DNA of 64,000 nt from Bacteriovoracaceae bacterium (lineage in GTDB: Bacteria; Bdellovibrionota; Bacteriovoracia; Bacteriovoracales; Bacteriovoracaceae): assembly GCA_048270185.1 (NCBI GenBank), contig JBLWTJ010000001.1, forward strand, positions 448,001-512,000, in the 5' to 3' direction. The position numbers and the translations under genes were made by a program. Shown here piece by piece: positions 29,117-40,800 of this stretch. How positions within the stretch are numbered: the first letter of the stretch is position 1; every line of letters starts with the position of its first letter. The notes beneath the pieces were generated by a model that saw only the letters and a list, made by a program, of their open reading frames with translations, did no database searches and was not told the origin of the DNA.

Positions 29117-29590
29117 ATGAAAGGAAATCAACAAGTTATCGATATTTTTAATGAGCTATTAACACAAGAGTTGTCGGCCATTGATTTATACTTTCTTCAT
29201 TCTCGACTTTTTCAAGATATGGGTTTAACAAAGCTTTTTGAACGTATTAATCATGAAAAAGATGATGAAACGATACATGCAACAATACTCATTGAACGCA
29301 TTATTTTCCTTGAAGGACTGCCAGAGCTAGGCAATAGACTTCCATATAAGCCTGTACGTGATGTAAAAAGTCTACTAGAAGATGAACTACGTTATGAGGT
29401 GGAAAATAGTAAAATGCTTCGTAAAGCTATTGCTCTTTGTGAAGACAAGAAGGACTTTGTTTCTCGTGACCTTCTACTCAAGCTTCTATCAGATACTGAA
29501 AACGATCATATTGACTGGCTAGAGACTCAATTATCACTTATCGAAAAGATAGGTATTGAGAATTATCTTCAGACAGCTTCTGAACAGTAA
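29117..29590 (+). CDS. bfr: Bacterioferritin-family protein, heme-less BfrA/FtnA type
   Basis: MKG..., ELSAI..YFLHS, E..HA..LIERIIFLEG and HIDWLETQL..I..IGIENYLQ motifs; aaggag RBS. Residue 52 is Thr, not Met. Confidence 0.92.
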   Translation: MKGNQQVIDIFNELLTQELSAIDLYFLHSRLFQDMGLTKLFERINHEKDDETIHATILIERIIFLEGLPELGNRLPYKPVRDVKSLLEDELRYEVENSKMLRKAIALCEDKKDFVSRDLLLKLLSDTENDHIDWLETQLSLIEKIGIENYLQTASEQ

Positions 29591-29666
29591 GAATAAATAT
29601 TAAAAAAACTTAAACTTTCCATGATTTTTTATTTATAATTAATAAAAAATTAAACACGGAAGTTTT

Positions 29667-31355
29667 ATGAGTTTTATTAAGTCAATTTTCATTTGTCTCA
29701 TGACAATCATTCAAGTTTCAACTTTTGCAGCTTTTGCCAAGGTTGTTTCAGTAAAAGGTAAAGTTTCACAACTTGCACCGGGCGCAGTAAAGGCCAGTTG
29801 GATAAAAAAAGGCCAGCTACTTAAGGAGGATACCTCAATTGTCACAAGACTTAGGTCTTTTGTGAAAGTTGAAATCTTAGCTGATGGTAGTTATATCGTC
29901 GTTGGTCCAAATTCTAAAATCGAATTAACAAAGATCGAGAAAAAGAGCGGTAGTATCATACAGCTATTAAACGGTAAAATGAGATCAAATATTGTTCCTG
30001 CTAAAAAGAATGTTACAGGACATAAAGATGTGAATAAGATCTATGTTAAAACTAAAACCATGGCCCTTGGTGTTCGAGGAACAGAGTTTGTAACTGTTGT
30101 CAGCCAAGAAAACCAAGCAACATCAGTAGTAACACTTAAAGGTGAAGTCGCAGTTAGAAAAATCAATCAAGAAGATGTTGATGTTGAGAAAACAGTTAAA
30201 GACAGTTTAGATCGTGATGATGTAACAATTGTAAAAAAAGGTAATGCTTCAACAACATATGCTCACCTATATGAAGAAATTCCTCCGCAGAAAGTAAACC
30301 CAAACCAACTTATTGCACTTGAAAAAAATGAAACGCTACAGACTGTTGCAGTTAAAGATACTCAAAAAGCAAATGATACAGAACTAAATGAAAAGCAGCT
30401 TAAAGAACTATACGGTACAGATGTAAGAGAGGGAGACGTTCCAAATAATGGTGCGATTGTTGATCTTGACTCTGCAATCTTTATCCCTGAAATTAAGGAT
30501 TCAAGCTTAAATGTAGGTAGTGTTGATAAGAATACTGGCCAATTCATAGCTTCTAACGAAGTAAAGCTTGATAAGAAAAAAGGTTTCGTACCAGTAAAAA
30601 AGAACGACGAAGATGCTAAAGAGCTAGCAAAGAAGCTTAATACTAAAATTGAATATAAAGAAGTAAAAGGCCACGAAGTAGTCGATCACTCTCCTACTTA
30701 TAGAGGATCAAATCTATCTTCTCTTGATAATACTTGGGGAGCATCTTTCGGTATTGCGGCAAAACGCATGGCCTACTACTCAATGGACAATAATAACTCT
30801 TCTAATGAATACATCGGAATTGGACTAAGTGCCTCAGGTAGTTACCGTCATGTGCTTAGCCAAGCATTATATTTAAAATATTTTCTCACTCTTGATACAG
30901 CATATATGGATCGAGATAAGTCATCTCCAGATGATAAAGATGATGAATTTATTTCTCCAAGTCTTGGAGCAATGGCATACTACCGAGTAAACAATCAAAT
31001 GCGCCTTATAACAGGATACACACTAGGAACTGATTTTTTCCTATTAGGTCGCCTTGAGAATTCTTTAGACCCGGTGGTTGATCAAGTCCATCAATTTGCT
31101 CCTTACATAACTTTTGGTGCAGAATACGACTATAGCGACAATTGGAGTTATAAAGCAGCTTACCGTTCTTACTTTCCTAGTTCAGATGATCCTAAAATTA
31201 GAATATATACAGGAAAGGGATTTGAGTTAGGAGCAAGAAGAAGACTTTCTAGCAGTAACTCTATCTTATTTAACATTCTACAAAGAGAGTACCTAGTACA
31301 AGATGTTATTGTAAAAAACATCGATTTTAATATTAATTACGAGATGGAGTTTTAA
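29667..31355 (+). CDS. FecR-domain secreted protein with a C-terminal beta-barrel-like domain
   Basis: DGS.I.VGPNS, L..GK and ALGVRGTEF FecR motifs; amphipathic strands ending in INYEMEF. Confidence 0.78.
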   Translation: MSFIKSIFICLMTIIQVSTFAAFAKVVSVKGKVSQLAPGAVKASWIKKGQLLKEDTSIVTRLRSFVKVEILADGSYIVVGPNSKIELTKIEKKSGSIIQLLNGKMRSNIVPAKKNVTGHKDVNKIYVKTKTMALGVRGTEFVTVVSQENQATSVVTLKGEVAVRKINQEDVDVEKTVKDSLDRDDVTIVKKGNASTTYAHLYEEIPPQKVNPNQLIALEKNETLQTVAVKDTQKANDTELNEKQLKELYGTDVREGDVPNNGAIVDLDSAIFIPEIKDSSLNVGSVDKNTGQFIASNEVKLDKKKGFVPVKKNDEDAKELAKKLNTKIEYKEVKGHEVVDHSPTYRGSNLSSLDNTWGASFGIAAKRMAYYSMDNNNSSNEYIGIGLSASGSYRHVLSQALYLKYFLTLDTAYMDRDKSSPDDKDDEFISPSLGAMAYYRVNNQMRLITGYTLGTDFFLLGRLENSLDPVVDQVHQFAPYITFGAEYDYSDNWSYKAAYRSYFPSSDDPKIRIYTGKGFELGARRRLSSSNSILFNILQREYLVQDVIVKNIDFNINYEMEF

Positions 31356-31798
31356 TGAAGAAACTACTATTAATTATATCATTTGGACTACTACTGACAT
31401 CATGTTTTAAAACAGATTCAGAAGGGAATGCGTTTATCTTTGAAAATGGTAACCAGATGGCCTTTAGACTAAGAATTGAGAATGTTACTAGTTCAACAGT
31501 CTATTATGGAGCATATAATACTGTTGCAACAACAAGTAACACTGACGTTACACCATTTTCAAATAATAGCTATTGGTGCTTTAAAAAAGTCCAACTCCAA
31601 CAAGAGTCCGGAGGATGGTCTACTGATAACGTAAGTCTCTATGTAAATGGTCCTTCTGTCGCGACCTCTTCATCATTGAACTCAGAACTCAATTACTCAG
31701 TATCACCTGGAGATACTATCGTCTTTAGCCTTAACTGTAGTTCATGTACAAATTTAACAGGATACTTGATAGTTGAGTTAGATGATTGTAATAACTAA
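31355..31798 (+). CDS. Lipoprotein
   Basis: LLTSC lipobox; translationally coupled to the FecR gene (TAATG). Confidence 0.72.
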   Translation: MKKLLLIISFGLLLTSCFKTDSEGNAFIFENGNQMAFRLRIENVTSSTVYYGAYNTVATTSNTDVTPFSNNSYWCFKKVQLQQESGGWSTDNVSLYVNGPSVATSSSLNSELNYSVSPGDTIVFSLNCSSCTNLTGYLIVELDDCNN

Positions 31799-33157
31799 TT
31801 AAATAAAAATATCAAAGCAAGTATTGGACTGGAACTCTCCCAGTTCAATACGTCCTTTAATGCTCTCTAACTCCTCCCGAATAGAAGCAAGCCCCATTCC
31901 ACTACCTGGTGTCCCCTTGGTACTTACGCCTAACTCAAAAGCAGCGTCAGGATTTATGAAATCTTTATATTTTCCATTATCAATGTATTGGAGATGTAAT
32001 TGGTCACCATAGACTTCAACAGTTATTCTAATGAACTCTAAATTGTCACCAAGTGCTTCATGAGAATTCTTTATCAAGTTTATCAAAGTGTTCTTCATGA
32101 TTGTCGAGTTTACACGGCGCTCAAATGAAGGCGCCTTATAGATAATGTTAAAATCAGGAAATATTTCAATTACTTCCTTAATAACTTTAGATATCGGGGA
32201 CTTTGGCTGCTCATCTCTCTTATAATTGTTGAGAATTTGAATTGCACTATTAGTCGCGCTATATAGGGAATCCATATCTTCTGAAAGCTCATAAATTTCT
32301 CCACGCTTTTTTCTTCGGTCAATTTTTTGTAAGCGTGTCCATGTATACTGAAGTGGATTAGCAATATCATGAATAAGCATTTGCTCTTTTGTTTTGTGCC
32401 TTTCAAAAGCTTTGTTTATATTTTCAACCTCTAATTTTTGAAATCTAGTGTATTCAATAATATCAATTAAAAAATAAAAGGGCGCCCACATCGTCGAATC
32501 ATTTGAGACAAAGAGTATCGAGTAAAGAATAAAAGAAATACTTACTGCAAGTCCAACTTTTAAGGCCAAATCATCAGACTTTAACGCCTTGATAAAGAAA
32601 CGAATATAGATAATCGTAACTGAAATCAAATAAACCTGTAAGAATCGTGTAAGTAATGGACTCATACGAAATGGATTTTGAATTCGTATAAGATTATTTG
32701 AAATATTATTAACGACATTATTATCAAGACAACACTGTCCTCCACCATCGATAAAAAAGAGTAGTATATGGATGAGTGTAACAGCGGCAGCACAACTAAT
32801 AATAATATTATAAGCAAGTCTAATTAGACGTTTTTCATTGAAGATAATACTAAGATTTTTCCAGTAATAAAAACGGGCAAAGGAAATAGCGAGGAAGATA
32901 AGCAAGTTAACCAAGACTTTCTTATCAGAATACATTGGTAAGAAAAAGTTCACGAATACTAATAAGCAAACAATAGTTTGGCAAAAGGCCATAATATCAG
33001 TTCTTAGGCCATTTGAGTGTATGGTATTTTGTATTCTATTTAGATGTAATCCAGAAATTCCTAACGAAAGATAGTAACAACCAGTGGCCATAGCAACAAA
33101 GGCATAGGTAAAAGACTGCCAGAAGTTAAAATCAAAGAAATTAAGATATTCATACAT
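31799..33157 (-). CDS. Multi-TM sensor histidine kinase
   Basis: About 7 TM helices, H-box IHDIANPLQ, N-box NLIKNSHEA, DNG, and GVSTKGTPGSGMGL. Confidence 0.88.
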   Translation of the reverse strand: MYEYLNFFDFNFWQSFTYAFVAMATGCYYLSLGISGLHLNRIQNTIHSNGLRTDIMAFCQTIVCLLVFVNFFLPMYSDKKVLVNLLIFLAISFARFYYWKNLSIIFNEKRLIRLAYNIIISCAAAVTLIHILLFFIDGGGQCCLDNNVVNNISNNLIRIQNPFRMSPLLTRFLQVYLISVTIIYIRFFIKALKSDDLALKVGLAVSISFILYSILFVSNDSTMWAPFYFLIDIIEYTRFQKLEVENINKAFERHKTKEQMLIHDIANPLQYTWTRLQKIDRRKKRGEIYELSEDMDSLYSATNSAIQILNNYKRDEQPKSPISKVIKEVIEIFPDFNIIYKAPSFERRVNSTIMKNTLINLIKNSHEALGDNLEFIRITVEVYGDQLHLQYIDNGKYKDFINPDAAFELGVSTKGTPGSGMGLASIREELESIKGRIELGEFQSNTCFDIFI

Positions 33158-33217
33158 GTGCCTATAATACTAAAATCAGAGAGACATCTCAATAATATTA
33201 ATTAATACACACAATTA

Positions 33218-34606
33218 TTATAATATTATCTTAAAGCATGTATTTGAATCCTCTTCTTCTAGCATGAAGCTTCCACTAACACTCTCAATTTCCTTTTTAA
33301 TCGACAAAAGACCTAGACCCCTACCGCTACGTCGAAAATTTACAAAGCCCTTTAAAAGCCTATTAGGATGCTTGATATTAGAATATTTTCCGTTATCAAT
33401 GATTTTCAACTCAAGTCCATTTTCGATATTATGGGCCTTGATTTTTATCCATTCTAATTCATGCTCTAATGCTTCATGAGAGTTTTTAATTAGATTTATC
33501 AGTATATTTTTAATTTTAACTCGCGGAACAGAGACTTCCTTTGCCGGAGGTTGGTAAATAATATTGGAATCATTAAAAATAGATTTTACCTCTTCAACTA
33601 CTTGCGAGATCGTCGCCTCTTCAGACAACTGCCCGTTGTAATGTTTCAATATATCTATTGCACTTCGAGTGCCGTTATAGATGGCCTTGACATCTTTAGA
33701 ATCATAAACTGCTGGTCTTTTACGAAGTTTCTCAAGTCTAACACTATTAATCTGTAACGGATTTGCAATATCATGAATCATCATTCGATAAGAAAGGTCT
33801 TGATTATGAATCTCTCGGGCATACTCACTTAACTCGATTTGTTGTAATCTCGTGTACTCCAATAAGTCCACAATGAAATATAGAGGAATCCAGTACTTGA
33901 AGCCGAAAGCATGAAAGCTCGTCGTATAGAAAATATTAGCAACGCTAAGAAACAATCCAACGATCATGAATTTATCACGAGTTTTGAATGAAATTGTAAA
34001 TAAACGCAAATAAACAAGAGACACACTTATTGTGAAAAAGCTTATAAAGCGTGAAAATGTCTCATTCATTTTAAAAGGAATTTGAACCTGTAATATGTAA
34101 TTTACTGGGTTTGTCTTTTGTACAGGATAGCCTAAACAACATGTATAAACATCAGAAGAGTACAACCAAATAAGATGGATAACACATGCTCCAATTGCAC
34201 CAAAAACGATTGCGTTATAAACCCATCTTAAAAAGTAGCGCTCTTTGAAAACCTCTGAGACATTTCGTAAGTAATAGTATCGAGCAGTGTATGTGAAAAT
34301 AAACATAATTAATGTGAGAGTGACTTTAACCTCAGAATAGAGCGGCACGAAGAAATTTGAAACGATAATTAGACAAACAACCGCCTGAGCAAAACACATG
34401 AGCGAAGTCTTTAAATATGAACGGCGTGCCACATGAACAATACGTTCAAACTTTAAACTTGTAAGGCCCATTGAGATAAGATAACAAGCGGCACCTAGAC
34501 ACAATAAAATGTAAACAACTGATAGCCAAAGATCTGCGGACAATTCTGATAAATACTCATACATTTTAAGAATATCTTCTGAACTGAAACGATAGTCAAC
34601 TACCAT
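33218..34606 (-). CDS. Multi-TM sensor histidine kinase, paralog of the adjacent gene
   Basis: IHDIANPLQ, NLIKNSHEAL, DNG and GRGLGL motifs. Confidence 0.85.
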   Translation of the reverse strand: MVVDYRFSSEDILKMYEYLSELSADLWLSVVYILLCLGAACYLISMGLTSLKFERIVHVARRSYLKTSLMCFAQAVVCLIIVSNFFVPLYSEVKVTLTLIMFIFTYTARYYYLRNVSEVFKERYFLRWVYNAIVFGAIGACVIHLIWLYSSDVYTCCLGYPVQKTNPVNYILQVQIPFKMNETFSRFISFFTISVSLVYLRLFTISFKTRDKFMIVGLFLSVANIFYTTSFHAFGFKYWIPLYFIVDLLEYTRLQQIELSEYAREIHNQDLSYRMMIHDIANPLQINSVRLEKLRKRPAVYDSKDVKAIYNGTRSAIDILKHYNGQLSEEATISQVVEEVKSIFNDSNIIYQPPAKEVSVPRVKIKNILINLIKNSHEALEHELEWIKIKAHNIENGLELKIIDNGKYSNIKHPNRLLKGFVNFRRSGRGLGLLSIKKEIESVSGSFMLEEEDSNTCFKIIL

Positions 34607-34877
34607 TATTGACCAATATTTTTTGTGAAACTCTCAACAAATGATTATAAAAACTATTGAATTTCGCTGACATAAATATCCGAAATTACGTAAAAAAAAA
34701 TTGAATGCACAACAATAATTGCCACTTTTCTATCAAATTCCTTTAAGTTTGCCCGCTAAGTAGCTGAATACTGGATATCGACAGAAATAGGCCAATAATG
34801 GTTAAGAATTATTAATAAAATGACGAAACAATTAAGGTGGAGTTTTTAGATAACTTCATGAAAATAGAGGGGAAACT

Positions 34878-37800
34878 TTGAAACTTAGTAATGTTAAGAT
34901 GCTTGCGTTAGCAACCATCATATTAACAATAACTATTTGGAAGCTATCGAGTGATAGTGAAGATAGAGCTAAGTCCCCTTACAATGAACTTGCTAAGAAA
35001 ATTAATTTAAAGCACGAGTTAGTAAAACCTAAAGCGAAACAAAGGGTTCTCTCATCAAGAGGTCCATCTTCAATTGATAATTTTGATGATGATCTTCAGC
35101 AAGAAGCACTTCCTTCAAAAACCAAGAAAAAAAGCATTTTCAAAAAATTTAAGGCGCCTCTTTTAAAAGCAGTAAATGAAGCAAGAAACGAAATTCCTTA
35201 TGGAGACTTTTTTGTTGGTGAAGAAGTTGCTGAAAGTAAACCGAATAAACCAAAAGATGATGTTACACCTGTACCACCAAGTTCAAGGCCTTACCTACCA
35301 CCTGAAACAGATAATCCAAATACAAAATCGTCAGGTGGATCAGGAAATAATACCATTGTAACTCCTGCTATTTCAGGAACGATTCCACCCCTCAAAGGAA
35401 TTGTAACAAATGTAGGTTACTCTCCATTTAGTGCATATGCTGCTACTTGTGTTGATCCGAAAGTTGAACTATTCGATATGGTTACAATGACACCACTTGA
35501 AGATAATCCAATCGAATTAGAAGGTGTTGAAACGACAACTTATTTTGAGTTTGACCCAAGTGTTCTAGGTTTAGACCTAAGTAAGCCAGCACGATACAAA
35601 GTTAAAGTTACAGGTTGTGATGTTGACCTTGAAAAAGTTGTCACTAGCTTTTACATTCCTCAAGACATTACATCGATCTCAAGTTTACTTGCTCAACTTA
35701 CAAACACTGATATCGCTTATGATCCAGATTTATCATTTTCAACTGGTTTAGGCGAAGTAGAGAAGGCCATTACTGATGCACTTGGTGATCCAACAATTTC
35801 AGATTATGCCACAATCTATTCAGAGCTTTCTTCAAATACGCAAGCGCTTGAAACATTCACAGAAATTACAAATGGTGAGAATACAATTATCTTAAAAGAC
35901 TCTGCCCCAAAGGTTAAGTCTTTAACTATTCCTGCTTCAATGGAAGAGGACTTAAGTCATTCATTCTCTACTTTAGCAACTCACTGGGATACTGATTACG
36001 AAATTGCCTATCAATGGATCCTAGATGGAGCCACAGTATCTAACTCAAATACATGGGATTATATTCCACCTGATAACACTGCAGCGACGGCCAATATTAT
36101 TTTAAGAATTGGTAAGAAGAATATTGCTGATAACGATGTTAATATTGCAACGGCACCTTATCATGAATTTACATATACATTAGATGTATTACAAATTAAT
36201 GATGCTCCAACTCTTGCAGCAACTCAATCAATTGATGTAACAGAAGATACAATTCACACATTTCAATTAACTGAAGGTTTTGATATTGATTCACCTTCAA
36301 TTGATTATATTATTACGACCCCTCCTTCAAATGGAACTCTATCTTGTGTGGGAACAACTAATGACTGTACATATACACCAAACCCAGATTATCAGGGTGC
36401 TGATACTTTTGAATACAAAGTAAATGATGGAGAACTAGATTCAACGACAGCAGTAGTAAGTATCAATGTAATCAATGTTAATGATAGACCTGTAAGTGGT
36501 GCTGACCAGTCCTTATCAATCGCAGAAGATACAAATCTATCAATCACACTTAGTGCTGCAACTGATATCGATAATGTACAATCAGATATCTCTTATATGC
36601 TAGTTAATACTCCAGTAAATGGAACTTTATCAAACTGTATTGTGAGTGGATCATATTCACAGGATCTTACTTGTGACTACTTACCTAATGCTAATTACTA
36701 TGGAACTGATTCTTTCTCTTATAAAGCCTATGATGGGGCCCTTGATTCAGCAACAAATGCAGTCGTAAATATTACAATTACACCAGTAAACGATGCACCG
36801 ACTCTTGCTTCGACTCAAACACTATCAACAGATGAAGATACAACACTTAACTTTGACTTAACGGCCGGTGCCGATATTGAAGGCACGACATTAAATTATA
36901 CGATTTTAACAAACCCTGCATCTGGTACACTTAATTGTACTGAGGGGACTTCAAGATCTTGTACATACTCACCTGCTTTGAACTACTTTGGTGATGTGAC
37001 GTTTACTTATAAAGTTGATGATGGTGAGCTTGATTCATTAAATGTTAATACTGTAACAATTACAGTAAATCCAATTAACGATGCTCCAGTAATGGGTGCC
37101 GACCAAACACTTGCAACAAATGAAGATATCCCACTTAACTTCACACTAAGTAGTGCCACAGATGTTGATATCCCTGCGCAAACAATCTCTTATAAGCTAC
37201 TCACTGCTCCTGTAAATGGTGTTTTGAGCAATTGTATTCAGACAGGTTCATACGTAACAGATATCGACTGTACATATACACCTAACGCCAATTATTATGG
37301 ATCAGACTCATTTACTTATATTGCAAATGACAGTGTGACTGATGCTGTAACGATTGCAACAGTTACATTAAATATCGCGGCCGTTAACGATGCACCAACA
37401 CTAGCAGCAACACAATCTGTAACAACTAACGAAGATACGCCTGTTGCCTTCACTCTAAATAGTGGTAGTGATATTGAAGGAACAACACTTAATTACACAA
37501 TTGTTTCAGCTCCAGCAGATGGAACTCTTACATGTGACGAAGGAACATCAAGAAATTGTTCTTATTCGCCTGATCTTAACTTCTATGGAACGACGACTTT
37601 CACTTACAAGGTTGATGACGGAGAGCTTGATTCAACTCTGGCGACAGTAACGATCAACGTAACATCTGAAAATGATGCTCCAGTTATGGTTGGCGATCAA
37701 TCAGAAACTGTTGCGGAGGACAATACAATTAGCATTACATTAAGTGGTGCAACTGATGTTGATATTCCGGTTCAAACACTTAGCTATAAATTAATTACAG

Positions 37801-40800
37801 CACCAGCAAATGGTACTCTTTCAAATTGTATCTCAGCTGGAACTTATACAACTGATATTATCTGTGATTACACACCAAATCTTAACTTTAATGGAAGTGA
37901 CTCATTTACTTATCGTGCAAATGACGGCCTAACGGACTCATCTACTGACTCAACAGTATCTATCACTGTTACTCCAGTTAACGATGCCCCTACATTAGTA
38001 GCGGGTCAAACTGTAACGACTGCCGAAGATACACCAATTACATTTAACTTAAATATTGGTTCTGACGTTGAAGGTTCTTCTCTTGATTATATCGTTGTCA
38101 CAACAACATCAAATGGATCTCTTTCATGTGTTGGCGCAACCTCGAGATCATGTACTTACTCTCCTTCTCTAAACTTTAATGGTAGTGACTCATTCACATA
38201 TAAAGTTAATGATGGAGCACTCGATTCGACAACAGAAACAGTTTCAATTACAGTTAATCCAGTCAATGACGCTCCTGTTATGGTTGGAAATCAATCGGTA
38301 GCAACTAACGAAGACACACTACTTAGCATTACCCTTTCAGGTGCAACTGATGTAGACCTTCCAGCACAAACACTTAGCTATAAATTAATTACAGCACCAT
38401 CTAATGGTGTCTTATCAAATTGTATTTCAGCAGGTTCATATACTACAGATATTATCTGTGACTACCTTCCTTCTGCAAATTTTAACGGAAGTGATTCATT
38501 TACTTACCGAGCTAATGATACTCTCCTTGACTCAGTAACAGACTCGACGGTAACAATAACAATCAACGCCGTTAACGACGCACCAACACTTATTGCAGGA
38601 CAAACAGTATCAACAAACGAAGATACTCCAGTAAGCTTTAGTTTAAATGCGGGTTCTGATATTGAAAATGATACTCTAACGTATGCAGTTGTCGCGGCTC
38701 CATCAAACGGGTCATTAAGTTGTACAGGAGGAACATCAAGAGCGTGTACATATACTCCTAGTCTCAACTATAATGGTAGTGATTCCTTCACTTATAAAGT
38801 TAATGATGGATCACTAGATTCAAATATTGTAACTGTAAATATAACTGTCAATGCAATCAACGATGCACCAGTAATGGTTAGTGATCAATCATTTACTACT
38901 AATGAAGATACAGCGTTTAGTATTACACTTTCAGGGGCAACTGATGTTGACCTTCCGGCCCAAACCATTTCTTATAAAATTACGACTTCACCTACTAATG
39001 GGACAATTACAAATTGTATAAACTCATCAACTTATACAACAGATATTATCTGTACATATACTCCAAATGCTAATTTCAATGGCAGTGACTCATTTACATA
39101 TATTGCAAATGACGGACTAATCGATGCAACTTCAAGCTCTATTGTTAGTCTTACTATTAATCCAGTTAATGACCAACCGACAGTTCCACCAACTCAGAGT
39201 ATTGCAACGAATGAAGATACACCAATTACATTTAACTTAAATGCAGGTAGTGATATTGACGGAGACACACTAACATATATCAAAGTGACTAATCCTGCCT
39301 CAGGAAGTGTGACATGTGCAGGCGGTACTTCGCGTTCTTGTACTTATACTCCAGCACTAAATTATAATGGAGTTGTTTCATTCACTTATAAAGTAAATGA
39401 TGGAACAATCGACTCAGCTAATGCGACAGTTTCTATTACAGTAAATTCAGTTAACGACGCTCCAGTAATGGCATCAAATCAATCGTATTCAACTAATGAT
39501 AATACTGCCCTATCAATTACTCTAAATAACGCAACAGATGTAGACGGTGATGCATTAACGTATAAGATTGTATCTGGCCCAACTAATGGGACACTGACAA
39601 ATTGTATTACAACAGGATCTTATGGAACTGACCTTACTTGTACATATACGAGTAATATAAATTTCCATGGAACTGATACTTTTACATTTATTGCTAATGA
39701 TGGACTAGTAGACGCAGCAACAGTAGAAACAGTAACGATTACAGTTACAGATAAAACTCCTTCTGCACCTCCTACAATTGCACTAAGTTCACCTCTTTAT
39801 ACTAACTCAACAGCTAATACACTTACAGTTAGTAGTTGTAGCGATATTTCATCTGTTCTAATTAATGAGGGAACACAACCAGCAGCAGGTTCAGCATCAT
39901 GGCAGACATGTTCAACAACAGCTTCGGCCATCACTTATACTCTAGCATCGACGACTCAGGGACTACATACACTTAAAGCATGGTCAAAAGACCCACACGG
40001 TAACGTTTCGACGACTGCTAATAACGTGAGTGTTTACTATGATACAATTAACCCTTCGATGGCACTGACTACTCCATCAATTCAAAAAGGTGGAAATTCT
40101 ACTCCACTACAGTGGACGGCCACAGATGCAAGTACATCTTCATCACAGACATTCCAGGTTGATTTCTTTAACGGTTCAACATGGAGTTCAGTAGGGACAA
40201 CAGCTTCGGCAAATGGCCCAATAAGTTCACAAGCTTTTTCAAGAGCATGGACTGTTCCATCAATTAATACAACATCAGCACGCTTTAGAGTAAGCTACAC
40301 TGATCTTGCTGGAAACTCAGCGACAGTTCAATCTGCTACATTTACTATCGACTCAATAGCACCGGCCCTAAGCTATACATCTCCGGCCAATAATTCATAT
40401 CACCTATCGAGTACAACAATCACAGGTAATTGTGAATCAGGCCTTAATATTAATATCTCAGGAGACCTACAGGCAAACTTCTCAATTGCATGCTCTGGTG
40501 GAACATTCTCACAACTTGTTAACTTTTCAGATAATGACGGAGCAAAGAATATTACAATCAATCAAGTTGATGCCGCAGGTAACTCTACATCAGTTACACG
40601 TACATTTATTCGTGACGAAATTGCACCAGTTCTTACAAAGACAGCAGGAGTATCTCCAGACTTCACAAACGCTAACGTTCCAAATGCATGGTCAGGAACA
40701 TGTGAAGGTACATATACGATATATGTCACAGGAGATCAGACGACATCATTTAATTGTTCTAATGGAACATGGAATTGGACTCCATCACCAAAAACTGTTG

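Noticed and set aside
36198..39750. CRISPR array or non-coding tandem repeat
   Set aside because: The repeats are about 300-bp, synonymously diverged coding repeats. No short identical repeats with spacers and no cas genes were seen in the window.
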